Source: an uncultured Planctomycetota bacterium (lineage in GTDB: Bacteria > Planctomycetota > Phycisphaerae > Tepidisphaerales > Tepidisphaeraceae). Taken from it: 64,000 nt of DNA. The stretch lies in NCBI GenBank assembly GCA_963841915.1, contig CAWJEN010000005.1:544001-608000 (forward strand), written 5' to 3'. Shown here piece by piece: positions 20,922 through 32,516 of this stretch (positions are counted from its first letter, which is position 1; each line of letters starts with the position of its first letter). The notes under the pieces were generated by a model. That model was not told the DNA's origin and searched no databases. It worked only from the letters and a program-made list of their open reading frames with translations. The position numbers were made by a program, and so were the translations under genes.

Positions 20922-22013
20922 ATGAGCGACGACAGCGAACTCCGGGCAGGCGTCATCGGGGTCGGCATCGGGCAGATGCACATCGATGCTTACACCAAAG
21001 CTACTGGCGTTCGCGTGACGGCAATCTGCGACATGGACGAGGCGCGTCTCCACGAGGCGGCTGACAAGTGGAACATCGACAAGCGGTTCACCGACACCGC
21101 CGCCCTGTACGAAAGCGGCGAGTGCGACCTCGTCAGCGTCTGCACGCCCAATGCCTACCACGCGTTGCTCAGCATCGAGGCGATGCACAAGGGATTGCAC
21201 GTTCTTTGCGAAAAGCCGATGGCCATGAACACGGCTGAGGCGCAGTCGATGATTGCTGCCAGCAACGAGACGGGCAAGACGCTCGGCATCCACTTCAATC
21301 ACCGCATGCAACCGCACGTAGCGGCGCTCAAGGCCTATGCAGATGCGGGCGATCTCGGCGACGTCTACTTCGGCCGCACGACCTGGCACCGCCGGCGCGG
21401 CATTCCTGGTCGAGCGGGCTTCGTTTCTAAGAAACAAGCGGGCGGCGGGGCGATGATCGACCTCGGCGTTCACCAGCTCGACCAACTGCTCTACGTCATG
21501 GGGCACCCGAACATCACGTCGCTGACGGCCCAGGTCTATACAAAGTTTGCAAGCGTCGACGTGCCGGCACTGGAGATGGACGTCGACGACTTTTCGGTTG
21601 CCTTTGTTCGCTTCGACAATGGTGCAACGGCCGAGATGGAAATCAGCTGGGCCAGTCATCACCACCACGCCGAGCACCGCGTGCTGCAGGTCTATGGCAC
21701 CGATGGCGGGGCTCGGCGTGAACTCATCGACTACAACGGCGGGCCCAACGACCTGACGATCTACCAGAGGCGGCACGGCGGCCTGACGGATGAACGCGTG
21801 ACACAACCCGCCGACGTGCCGACCGTGCAGCAGGACTTCGTCGACGCCATTCGCGAGGAACGCCAGCCGCTCTGCACGGCGCAGCACGGCTTGACGACCA
21901 TGATGATTCTCGACGCCCTCTACAAAAGCAGCGAAACCGGGAAAGAGATCATCTTCTCGGAAATGTTTGCCGATGGACCCGTCGCCGAAGCCAGCGGCAC
22001 GACACCGGCCTGA
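20922..22013 (+). CDS. Gfo/Idh/MocA family oxidoreductase
   Basis: GVIGVGIG, VCTPNAYH, HVLCEKPMA, GGGAMIDLGVH. Confidence 0.92.
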   Translation: MSDDSELRAGVIGVGIGQMHIDAYTKATGVRVTAICDMDEARLHEAADKWNIDKRFTDTAALYESGECDLVSVCTPNAYHALLSIEAMHKGLHVLCEKPMAMNTAEAQSMIAASNETGKTLGIHFNHRMQPHVAALKAYADAGDLGDVYFGRTTWHRRRGIPGRAGFVSKKQAGGGAMIDLGVHQLDQLLYVMGHPNITSLTAQVYTKFASVDVPALEMDVDDFSVAFVRFDNGATAEMEISWASHHHHAEHRVLQVYGTDGGARRELIDYNGGPNDLTIYQRRHGGLTDERVTQPADVPTVQQDFVDAIREERQPLCTAQHGLTTMMILDALYKSSETGKEIIFSEMFADGPVAEASGTTPA

Positions 22014-22141
22014 GCAGGTGCTTCATCTGTTTTGCAGAAGCCGTTGTCATTGCAGCGGCCATCAACCTTGTGCGATCCGGCTTGGCAACATTAAGATAGG
22101 ACTACTCGATACGCCAACCCGCTCCGCAAGACGATCAGTTC

Positions 22142-23011
22142 ATGCCGCTCGACGCTTTTATCTCGTATTCCTCGAAGGACCAGACCGTTGCCGACATGGC
22201 ATGTGCCAAGCTCGAGGAAGCGGGCATTCGATGCTGGATCGCCCACCGCGACGAAATTCCCGGCTCGACCTGGGCAGGTGGCATCGTCAAGGCCATTGAG
22301 GCATCGAAGATCGTCGTCCTCGTGCTGTCGCAGCATTCGAACTTATCGCCGCAGGTGCTCAAAGAGCTGTCCGTTGCCGCCAATCATGAATTGACGGTGG
22401 TGCCGTTCAAGATCGACTCGGCGTCGCCGACGGGTGAGATGGCATACCACTTCCAGAATGTGCACTGGCTCGATGCCGTAACGCCGCCGGTGCAAAAGCA
22501 CCTGGACCGGCTGGTCGACGTCGTGCAACGACTCATCGGCGGCGATGAAGTTGCGCCGCCGCCGCCCGCGGCGACTCCGCCCGCACCTGCGAAACGCTCA
22601 CGACTCCGCTGGGCCGTACCGGCGGCGCTGGCACTGGCCGTCGTGGCGGTGGCGATGCTGGTGCCTGCGACGTGTCATCGAGATAATGCAGAACCACAGC
22701 TCGCCACGCCGCCAATAACGACGCCGGAACCGGTCATCGCAACACTTCCGCGACTGCGCGAAAGTGTGCTGCAGGACGGTAACGTGCGGCTTATCTACCA
22801 CATCGATGCCACCGAACATCGCGATGATCTCATTGAAATCGTCGGCCGCCACCTCACCGGCGACGTTGCGGCGGCGTTGGAGGCTGAAGGATTCCCGCGT
22901 GGCGACGCGGCACGGGCGACGAAAGCACGGGTGGCAATCTGGCCACTCGACGGTGACCGAAGCCTGGCCGCCTATGACGTACCGCTACCGACCCCAGAAG
23001 CGGGCCGGTAG
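22142..23011 (+). CDS. TIR-domain protein with Pro-rich linker, TM helix and short extracytoplasmic domain
   Basis: DAFISYSSKD, GIRCWIA, SPQVLKEL, HWLDA TIR_2 motifs; hydrophobic WAVPAALALAVVAVAMLV. Confidence 0.88.
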   Translation: MPLDAFISYSSKDQTVADMACAKLEEAGIRCWIAHRDEIPGSTWAGGIVKAIEASKIVVLVLSQHSNLSPQVLKELSVAANHELTVVPFKIDSASPTGEMAYHFQNVHWLDAVTPPVQKHLDRLVDVVQRLIGGDEVAPPPPAATPPAPAKRSRLRWAVPAALALAVVAVAMLVPATCHRDNAEPQLATPPITTPEPVIATLPRLRESVLQDGNVRLIYHIDATEHRDDLIEIVGRHLTGDVAAALEAEGFPRGDAARATKARVAIWPLDGDRSLAAYDVPLPTPEAGR

Positions 23012-23040
23012 CGGTGTATCTGCTGTATTGAGTGCCTTGA

Positions 23041-24324
23041 CTACTTCACAATCTTGTCGGCCAACGCGCCCGCCGAATCCCACATCGCCTCGGCGTAACT
23101 GAGATTCTGCGACGTAGCCAATCCGATCCAGACCGGACGGAACGTCTTGATGTCGATGACGCGAATGCTCAAGGCCCCTTGAAAGGCCTGAACTTTCTGC
23201 TCCCCATCGATCCGGTCACCGATGACGTCCGACGGACTTTCGTACAACGTGACGCCTTCACCTTGCACGGGTGCAGGACGGGACAACGGTTCGGAATAGC
23301 CGGAAGCGGCATTGAGCTGGCGGGCCATCTCGGGCAGCCCGGCCAACATGTTGGCGTAGGGCGATCTGGTTGAGTCGACCATGCTCTGACCCTCCTCGTA
23401 TGCCCCGACAAGTTGGCGACGCTCGATCTCCTGCTGCTCGCTCATTTGTCGCACAGGCTCGATGCTCTCGACCTTTTGTGCGATGAATTCCGGTGTACCG
23501 GAAATGCCACCAAAGGCTTTCTCGCCCTTGTAGGTGAAGTTGCGATTGCGGATGTCTTCGCTGACGTATTGCAACAGCAGACGGTCGTACGCCTCGACGG
23601 CGGTGTTGTAGGCGGCTACGTCTTGGACGTACGCATTGCGTCCGCTCACATAAGTGTCCCATTCGTCGCTTGCGACCTCGAATGGAACTGTGATGTCGAC
23701 CGGATTGCTCGGCACCTCGACCTGGTGAACAACCACGATGTACTCGAACGGCCCGGCCTCGCCGCCCTCGATGGCGGCCAACTCTTCGTCGGTGAAAGCG
23801 ATCAGCCCCTGCTGCCCACCGGCGGCCTGCTTGTCGTTAAGCTCGTCTCGCTTGACGCTGCGGTAATCGCGGTCGACGGTCTCAATGCCACGCTTGTCGA
23901 GCTCGAACAAGAGAAGGTCACTGACGAATTGACCGGCTGACGAAGACCCGACCAACTGGTCGCTGCCCATCACGGCGACGCGTGCGCCTTGCTCGAGAAA
24001 GGCCGTCTCGGTGCCGCGGAACTTAGCTGGCTGATTGGCGATGGCTTCGGCGGCAACCAGCGTCGGCCGCGGCGGGACAGGCGGAACCGGCTTCATCGGG
24101 ACCGCCAATCGGGCATCGACAAGCTGATCCAGCTCGATCGGATCCGCCGGTTGCGTCGACGGCGGCCGCGTGGGCAGGCCTGTTGCCTGTAGCGGAAGCG
24201 AATCGCGACCAGGTCCCGGTCCCGGTCCCGGCGGAAACGTATTTATCGGTAAGCAGCCGACGAGCATTGCAGCAGGGACGGCGAGTGAAATGGCGATGCA
24301 GGTACGTAAGGCTATACTGGACAT
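23041..24324 (-). CDS. Hypothetical lipoprotein; C-terminus reminiscent of CsgG/LpoB-like fold
   Basis: Lipobox LVGC; ALSIRVIDIKTFRPVWIG segment; fold assignment tentative. Confidence 0.65.
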   Translation of the reverse strand: MSSIALRTCIAISLAVPAAMLVGCLPINTFPPGPGPGPGRDSLPLQATGLPTRPPSTQPADPIELDQLVDARLAVPMKPVPPVPPRPTLVAAEAIANQPAKFRGTETAFLEQGARVAVMGSDQLVGSSSAGQFVSDLLLFELDKRGIETVDRDYRSVKRDELNDKQAAGGQQGLIAFTDEELAAIEGGEAGPFEYIVVVHQVEVPSNPVDITVPFEVASDEWDTYVSGRNAYVQDVAAYNTAVEAYDRLLLQYVSEDIRNRNFTYKGEKAFGGISGTPEFIAQKVESIEPVRQMSEQQEIERRQLVGAYEEGQSMVDSTRSPYANMLAGLPEMARQLNAASGYSEPLSRPAPVQGEGVTLYESPSDVIGDRIDGEQKVQAFQGALSIRVIDIKTFRPVWIGLATSQNLSYAEAMWDSAGALADKIVK

Positions 24325-24437
24325 AGGATTGATCCGGACAATGAAGAAGCTCTGCCACGCGAGTGCGTGGCCTTGCAGCAACATACTGATGGCTGCCAGC
24401 ATTGTAAAAACGCTCGCCTTCTAAAGCCAAGCCGCGA

Positions 24438-25967
24438 TCATCCGCGTCTGCGGACCAACAAGACGCCGGCAACGCCGAGCGGCGAGAGTGACGTCGGCTC
24501 CGGAATCGTCGCCCGCCATGCGTCAAGCGTCGACAAGGCTGCCGACGACTGCCCGAAGCGCGCACGCAGTATCGCAAAGTCGAGCACGTTGACGGTGCCG
24601 TCAAGATTGAAGTCGGCGTTGTCAAAGGTCGCGCCTGCTTTGAGGCCGAAATTCTGCCGTAGCACTGCAAAGTCGAGCAGGTTGACTGTCCCGTTGCCGT
24701 CGGCATCCCCGGCGAGTCGATGCCGAAGATCGACCTGATCGATCCAGACGGCTCCGCCCTGGCCGCTGGGCTGCACGAACTGGAACATCACTTGTGCCGA
24801 CGCAGCGCCAGCCGGCGCGAGCATCGCAAAGCCCGCATCCGACCAAACGTCTTGCAGCACCAGGCCGTCTGCGACGACGGTCTGCTCGTTCCCGATCACG
24901 ACGCCGCTTGCGTCGGTAAAGGTCAACGTCATGCGGACGATGTTGTCACTGCCGACGATCGAATCACCGGCGTTGACGCGGACTTTCGTCGACAGAAAGT
25001 ATGCGTCTCCCGCCTGTGCCGCGACGGCATCGTGGATGAGCTGCGTGTTGTCGTATCCGAACATCTTCATCGCCTGGCCACCGTCACCTTCTGCGGCGGT
25101 GAATTCAGGCGGGCCACCTGCGGTCTGCTGGTGCAAAAACGTGTTGCCGCTCAGCGTCCAGTCGACGCTGCCTTCCTCGAAATTACCGTTAGGCAGAAGG
25201 GCGTCGCCGCGGATCTCAACGGGGCGATAGATCCGGACGTGGTCGATATCGAACGTCTGCGGAAAAACAGTCGAGCCGTCCGGATTACCGTCGAACCAGC
25301 CGCCGACGGCGGTGTTCAAGATCAGGTTCATCGGCGTGCTGGAGATCGGCGCCCGCTCGTCAGTCACACGGAAGTGCTCCCTGCCGTCCACGAAGAAGCG
25401 AATCTCTTCTGCCTCCCACTCCACGGCGTACGTGTGGAACTCATCTGGCCACGCGGTGCCGATGTCGTGCTGCTGGGTCACGTAGTTACTCGGGCCGCCC
25501 GCGTTGTCGCCCCAGTGGTACGCGCTGCTGACCACGTTGGGCTTGGAGCCGCCGTGCTCCATGATGTCGATTTCACCACCAGTCGGCCAATCAACGTCTG
25601 TCGGCAGGAGCCAGATGGCTGGCCAGATCCCCTTGGTCGTCGGAATCTTGGCCCGCACTTCCACGCGACCGAACTGGATCTGGCGATCTGACCAGACGAG
25701 CCCGCTGCGATACGCCTTGCCATCGAACGGCTCATCGGTCGCGGTGATCTGCAGGTTACCGTCGACCTGGCTGACCTGATCCGCAAGGTAGTACTGAAGC
25801 TCGTTGTTGAAGCTGTTTCGGCGGGTCTTCACGTCCCACAGGGCATCATCAATAGTCGTGCCGTCGAATTCGTCACTCCAGTCAAGCGCGTATCCAGGCG
25901 GAGCGGCGACGGCGGGACTTGCTCCGACAACAGCGAAGAAAACGGTGGCGGTGGAAAGACTTCTCAT
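24438..25967 (-). CDS. GH16 beta-glucanase/laminarinase with CBM-like domain, dockerin-like repeat and PEP-CTERM
   Basis: WSDEFDG, GIWPAIW, GEIDIMEH catalytic motif; GDADGNGTVNLLDF twice; IPEPT-TM-RRRG. Confidence 0.92.
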   Translation of the reverse strand: MRSLSTATVFFAVVGASPAVAAPPGYALDWSDEFDGTTIDDALWDVKTRRNSFNNELQYYLADQVSQVDGNLQITATDEPFDGKAYRSGLVWSDRQIQFGRVEVRAKIPTTKGIWPAIWLLPTDVDWPTGGEIDIMEHGGSKPNVVSSAYHWGDNAGGPSNYVTQQHDIGTAWPDEFHTYAVEWEAEEIRFFVDGREHFRVTDERAPISSTPMNLILNTAVGGWFDGNPDGSTVFPQTFDIDHVRIYRPVEIRGDALLPNGNFEEGSVDWTLSGNTFLHQQTAGGPPEFTAAEGDGGQAMKMFGYDNTQLIHDAVAAQAGDAYFLSTKVRVNAGDSIVGSDNIVRMTLTFTDASGVVIGNEQTVVADGLVLQDVWSDAGFAMLAPAGAASAQVMFQFVQPSGQGGAVWIDQVDLRHRLAGDADGNGTVNLLDFAVLRQNFGLKAGATFDNADFNLDGTVNVLDFAILRARFGQSSAALSTLDAWRATIPEPTSLSPLGVAGVLLVRRRG

Positions 25968-26056
25968 GCGACTGCTAGAGACTGTAACTGTTACAGCTCG
26001 TCTTGCCAAAGGGTTCGGCAGGGTCGGCAGCTATTGGTCGGGGCGTATCTTCCTCC

Positions 26057-27472
26057 ATGGGATCAAGCTCCGCTCCTGCTGTGTCTGTTCGTGCCGCACT
26101 CGACGGCGGGTCGAACGTCGACCAGGCCGTCATGTTGCAAGGCTGGGTCCGCACCCGCCGCGACTCCAAGGCCGGCCTGTCGTTCATCAACCTGCACGAC
26201 GGCTCGTGCTTCGATCCGATCCAGGTCGTCGCCCAGAACGACCTGCCGAACTACGCCGACGTCGTCCAGCACCTCACCGCCGGCTGTGCGATCAGTGTCA
26301 CGGGCACGCTCGTCGAGTCGCAGGGCAAGGGCCAGTCGTACGAAGTGCAGGCCGAGTCGGTCGAACTCGTCGGGGCGGTCGACGATCCCGACACGTACCC
26401 CGTCTCGGCCAAGCGGCACACGCTCGAGTATCTGCGCGAGGTCGCCCACCTCCGCCCACGGACGAACACCATCGGAGCCGTCGCCCGTGTGCGGCACACG
26501 CTCTCGCAAGCGGTCCATCGCTTCTTCGACGAGGAGGGTTACTACTGGATCCACACGCCGATCATCACGACGAGCGACGCCGAAGGGGCCGGGCAGATGT
26601 TCCGCGTCAGCACGCTCGACGCGGCCAACCTGCCGAAGGACGACGCCGGGAACGTCGACTTCAAGAAGGACTTCTTCGGCAAGCCCGCCCACCTGACCGT
26701 CAGCGGCCAGCTCAACGTCGAGGCCTACTGCCTGGCCCTCAGCAAGGTCTACACGTTCGGCCCGACGTTCCGGGCCGAGAACAGCAACACGCCCCGCCAC
26801 CTGGCCGAGTTCTGGATGATCGAGCCGGAGCTCGCCTTCGCCGACCTGAACGACGACGCGAACCTCGCGGAGAAGTTCCTCAAGGCGATCTTCAAAACGC
26901 TCCTCGAAGAGCGAGGCGACGACATGCAGTTCTTCGCCGACCGCATCGACAAAGAAGCGATCACGCGGCTGGAGTCGTTCGTCGAGAGCAGCTTCGAGCG
27001 GATGACCTACACCGACGCCATCACCGTTCTCAAGAACAGCAACCAGAAGTTCGAGTTCCCCGTCGAGTGGGGCGTCGACCTGCAGACCGAGCACGAACGG
27101 TACCTGACCGAAAAGCACTGCAAGCGCCCGGTCGTCGTGACGGATTATCCGAAGGACATCAAGGCCTTCTACATGCGGATGAACGACGACGGCAAGACCG
27201 TCGCCGCCATGGACGTGCTGGCCCCCGGCATCGGCGAAATCATCGGCGGCAGCCAACGCGAAGAACGCCTCGACGTGCTCGACCGCCGCATGACGGAGAT
27301 CGGCATCGAGCGGGAAAGCTACGAGTGGTACCGCGACCTCCGCCGCTACGGCACCGTCCCCCACGCCGGCTTCGGCCTCGGCTTCGAGCGGACGATCATG
27401 TACGCCACCGGCATGGAAAACGTCCGCGACGTCATCCCCTTCCCCCGCGTGCCGGGGAATGCGGCGTACTGA
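26057..27472 (+). CDS. asnS: Asparagine--tRNA ligase
   Basis: [60 protein letters not shown]. Confidence 0.98.
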   Translation: MGSSSAPAVSVRAALDGGSNVDQAVMLQGWVRTRRDSKAGLSFINLHDGSCFDPIQVVAQNDLPNYADVVQHLTAGCAISVTGTLVESQGKGQSYEVQAESVELVGAVDDPDTYPVSAKRHTLEYLREVAHLRPRTNTIGAVARVRHTLSQAVHRFFDEEGYYWIHTPIITTSDAEGAGQMFRVSTLDAANLPKDDAGNVDFKKDFFGKPAHLTVSGQLNVEAYCLALSKVYTFGPTFRAENSNTPRHLAEFWMIEPELAFADLNDDANLAEKFLKAIFKTLLEERGDDMQFFADRIDKEAITRLESFVESSFERMTYTDAITVLKNSNQKFEFPVEWGVDLQTEHERYLTEKHCKRPVVVTDYPKDIKAFYMRMNDDGKTVAAMDVLAPGIGEIIGGSQREERLDVLDRRMTEIGIERESYEWYRDLRRYGTVPHAGFGLGFERTIMYATGMENVRDVIPFPRVPGNAAY

Positions 27473-27593
27473 AACACCTGCCTGTGACGAACGTCTTTTA
27501 AAGCTCGCGACCCCTTTATCTCGCGCGGGAGCGTCGCCCAAGCGCGACCGCAGACTAGTAAGTAGGCTGTGTTTCAGCTGCTAGGCTGATGAG

Positions 27594-28355
27594 ATGCAGG
27601 AGCCGACGCCCATCATCGACTACGAGTCAGGCGAGCGACCGGACGCGCCCAGTAAGCCGCGAAAGCCAATGGATCCGCTGGCCATGGCGTCGCTCATCTT
27701 CGGCCTTCTATCGCCGATATTCTGCCTCGCAATAGACGTCGCAGGATTGGGTGCGTTCGCCGTATCCGCGGTGTTTGCAATCGTCGCTACCGTGACGGGC
27801 ATCGCCTCAACTCTCAGGAGCTACGGCATTCGGCGGATACGCGTCGCGCGAAGAACCCCGCGTTACTCTGGTGGCCAGGCCGCACGGGCTGGTCTCCTTC
27901 TCGGCCTGACCGCGATCGGCGTTGCCTTCCTGATGCCGTCCCTCGGTCGGGCTCGCGAGTCGGCGAACCGCGTGAAGTGCGCGAGCAATCTTCGTCAGAT
28001 TGGGCAGGCCGTCCGCCGATATGGGATGGACTACGGCCCACCACCGAATGTCGACACGCTCCTCGCAGAAAGCGACCTTGTCGCTGACGTCTTCCTGTGT
28101 CCGAGTGACGCGAGTGTTCGCAAGAACAGCCAGTCGCTAACCGCCGGCGTCAACTCGAGCTACCACGTCTTCTCGCTCGACTCGGAGGGTCAACCATCGA
28201 CAGCTGTGCTAGCCGTGTGCGACCCTCTAAATCACCTTCCAAAAGACGGTGTCAGGACCTACGGTGGCAACGTCCTCTTCGCCGACGGCAGCGTGAAATT
28301 CGTAGAAGACGACGCCTTCCTTGCCGTTGTGACCGCATCGCTCGGAGAGCGGTAG
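27594..28355 (+). CDS. DUF4190-like membrane domain fused to DUF1559/H-X9-DG pilin-like domain
   Basis: Three TM helices; PSLGRARESANRVKCASNLRQIG; H...GGNVLFADGSV. Confidence 0.85.
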   Translation: MQEPTPIIDYESGERPDAPSKPRKPMDPLAMASLIFGLLSPIFCLAIDVAGLGAFAVSAVFAIVATVTGIASTLRSYGIRRIRVARRTPRYSGGQAARAGLLLGLTAIGVAFLMPSLGRARESANRVKCASNLRQIGQAVRRYGMDYGPPPNVDTLLAESDLVADVFLCPSDASVRKNSQSLTAGVNSSYHVFSLDSEGQPSTAVLAVCDPLNHLPKDGVRTYGGNVLFADGSVKFVEDDAFLAVVTASLGER

Positions 28356-28525
28356 TAGGGTGGGCAGATAAAGGGGTCGCGAGCCTTTTCGACACCTTGA
28401 GTACAGCGAGATGTTCGCAGCCGTCGCACGCACATGTTGTACCGCATCGGCCGGGGTGGCGACAAGGATAGGCCGGGCCATGAAACATCCGGAGGCAGAA
28501 AAGGCTCGCGACCCCTTTTCCTGCC

Positions 28526-28741
28526 AATTGCGATTACCAGCGTGAGCAAAGCACAGACAGTGGAGGCAGTCGTGTAAGGATTGTTGTACGGATCAGGGAG
28601 CGACAACTGGTGCCGTCGGAGGAGAGCAAACGCGAGGAAACACAGCGGGAGCGCCACGACAAGTCCGAGCGTCACTCGAGTCATCGAGCCATTTATGACG
28701 ACTTCGGGTGGTGGATTCGCGTAGTCGAGGTGATGGGGCAT
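28526..28741 (-). pseudogene. Small membrane protein (MPHHLDYANP...) apparently truncated by a repeat copy
   Basis: Two TM segments; the frame runs into the repeat at 28525 without a stop and becomes repeat-derived sequence. Confidence 0.6.
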
Positions 28742-28984
28742 GTCACATGGTTTCGTTAGGGGGCAGATAAAGGGATCGCGGAGGCAGATAAAGGGGTCGC
28801 GAGGGCTCTGTCTCAACCCTCTGATTCAGGTGACAGCGCGATGAGGCGGATGACGTTACGACGGATGCCACCACGACACTGCGTGTCGTGCCACCAGCCG
28901 CCCGCATCCGGAAGAAGCGCTACGCCACGGCCAGCAGCCCGATGCAGGGCACGATCGGGTACACTCCGGGGGAGTGAGAACTAC

Positions 28985-29001
28985 TGTATCAGACTGATAC
29001 A
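28985..29001. promoter_or_regulatory. Perfect 8-1-8 palindrome, candidate operator (GntR/YtrA-like)
   Basis: TGTATCAG-A-CTGATACA, AT-rich in a GC-rich background, ~75 nt upstream of a small membrane gene. Confidence 0.4.
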
Positions 29002-29077
29002 AAGTTCGAGCGCGGCGGGTTGAGACCAGCCGGACTCTCGGCACACGTCAAGGATGTTGGACTTTGGCTCGCCATCG

Positions 29078-29407
29078 ATGGAAGTGAACCGTTCAGTGCC
29101 CGTAGATCTAGACTATGCTGCACCCGCAAAGCGTCAGACGAGTATGCGGCAGATCGCTCTTGCGTTGAGCATTTTCTTCCTTCCCTTACTTGCATTATAC
29201 GTAGCCCAGCTCGTCTACCCTGTTGGTGGCGCATCGAGTGGTTTGACGCGGCTCGCCATCATGGTTCTGCTCATTGGCGTTGTTGAAGTTGTTGTCCTTA
29301 GCCCCATCTGGCCGCGACAACCACGCTGGTTCGCTTGGTCAATGCTTTTGATTCTGCTCGCCTCATCAGTGCTTCTCCAAGTGATCGTTCCGTCGCTCCC
29401 GGACTAG
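29078..29407 (+). CDS. Small three-TM membrane protein with N-terminal LDYA motif
   Basis: MEVNRSVPVDLDYAAPAKR followed by three hydrophobic helices; lower GC. Confidence 0.7.
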   Translation: MEVNRSVPVDLDYAAPAKRQTSMRQIALALSIFFLPLLALYVAQLVYPVGGASSGLTRLAIMVLLIGVVEVVVLSPIWPRQPRWFAWSMLLILLASSVLLQVIVPSLPD

Positions 29408-29635
29408 CGAGGCGGTGGAGTAGGGTGTGCCCCGGCCCACCAAGGGGCAGACAAGGGGTCGCAAGGGGCAGATCAAGGGGTCGCGAGCTGTTGTCGCCGT
29501 CAGTCGGCCGGCGGGGACAGGTCGCCAACGCAGGGAAAGAAAAGGGGTCGCGAGCTTTTTCCAGGAAAGAAAAGGGGTCGCGAGCTTTTTCCAGCTCCCG
29601 ACCCCTGAGTGCAAGGTGCTGTATGTGCAGCGCAT

Positions 29636-31734
<2,099 letters not shown>

Positions 31735-31794
31735 GGTGCTGATAGGTGCAGTGAAGTTGGTTGCTGTTGAAAAAGCGAACGTTGAAGTCTGATG

Positions 31795-32304
31795 TCAAGC
31801 CGCCGGGCCGGGCCACTTGCCGGCGTACCGGCGGGTCAAGGCGCGGGCGAGCGTGTTGAGCAGTTGGTCGATGTCGACGGGCCTGGGCAGGACGCTGAAG
31901 ACGCGGACGGTCAGAGCGTCGCTCATGAGTCCGCTGGAAAGTCCGCGGTCGCCGCCGTGGGCGAGCAGGATGGCGGGCGGCAAGGGCGGTTCTTCCGTCG
32001 CAGCCCGGTCGGCCTTGATCTTGGCGATCCGCTCCCGCAAACGTCGCAGCACCTGCAGCCCGGTCATGTCGTTCATGGCCTGCTCGAGAACCGCCACGTG
32101 AATCCGCGGGCCTTCGCCCAACGCCGCACGCTCGAGTCGCTCGAGGGCGTCTCGCCCGGTGTCGGCTACGACGGTTCGAACGCCCTGCGACGCCAGGAGC
32201 CCGACGGCCGTCTTGTGCCACGGCTCACCTGCATCGCGCACGTCGCCCAGCATCACCGTGAAGCGGGAACCTGCGTCGAAGGATGAAGCCACGGGCGTCG
32301 GCAC
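31795..32304 (-). CDS. Single-domain, atypical response-regulator receiver protein
   Basis: IHVAVLEQAMNDMTGLQVLRRL and FSVLPRPVDIDQL resemble the CheY fold, with Glu and Arg at the conserved Asp and Lys positions. Confidence 0.75.
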   Translation of the reverse strand: MPTPVASSFDAGSRFTVMLGDVRDAGEPWHKTAVGLLASQGVRTVVADTGRDALERLERAALGEGPRIHVAVLEQAMNDMTGLQVLRRLRERIAKIKADRAATEEPPLPPAILLAHGGDRGLSSGLMSDALTVRVFSVLPRPVDIDQLLNTLARALTRRYAGKWPGPAA

Positions 32305-32516
32305 GGCCCCTCACCTCACAAGCCGAGTGCCAGCGGCGCGGCCGAAGCTACAGGTTATACAAGTACATCAAAGACAATGCTTTACAATTCCATCGCGTAG
32401 GGCCCGTGTACGACAGCGGATGGTTGAGCCTGCCAACAACGCGTTAGCATTTGTACGTCGCTGCCGGATTGGCAGCATGTAACGTCTTGAGCCGCCGGCT
32501 CAACAATCCGATACGA

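Larger units (their letters stand above)
27502..29593. repeat. Cluster of nine AAGGGGTCGCGAGC-family repeats interleaved with small accessory genes
   Basis: Copies at ~27502(-), 28363(+), 28501(-), 28761(+, degenerate), 28783(+), 29445(+, partial), 29466(+), and a perfect 30-bp tandem pair 29534-29563/29564-29593. Confidence 0.9.

Noticed and set aside
28810..28975. Additional cassette gene on the minus strand
   Set aside because: Hydrophobic fragment interrupted by a stop and lacking a start; too degraded to call
27502..29593. CRISPR array or classical integron
   Set aside because: Repeats are in mixed orientation with irregular spacing; no cas or intI gene and no clear attC R-box pattern
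32298..32335. CIRCE/HrcA operator upstream of the groES unit
   Set aside because: Only a half-site (GAGTGCCAG); no matching arm at 9-nt spacing
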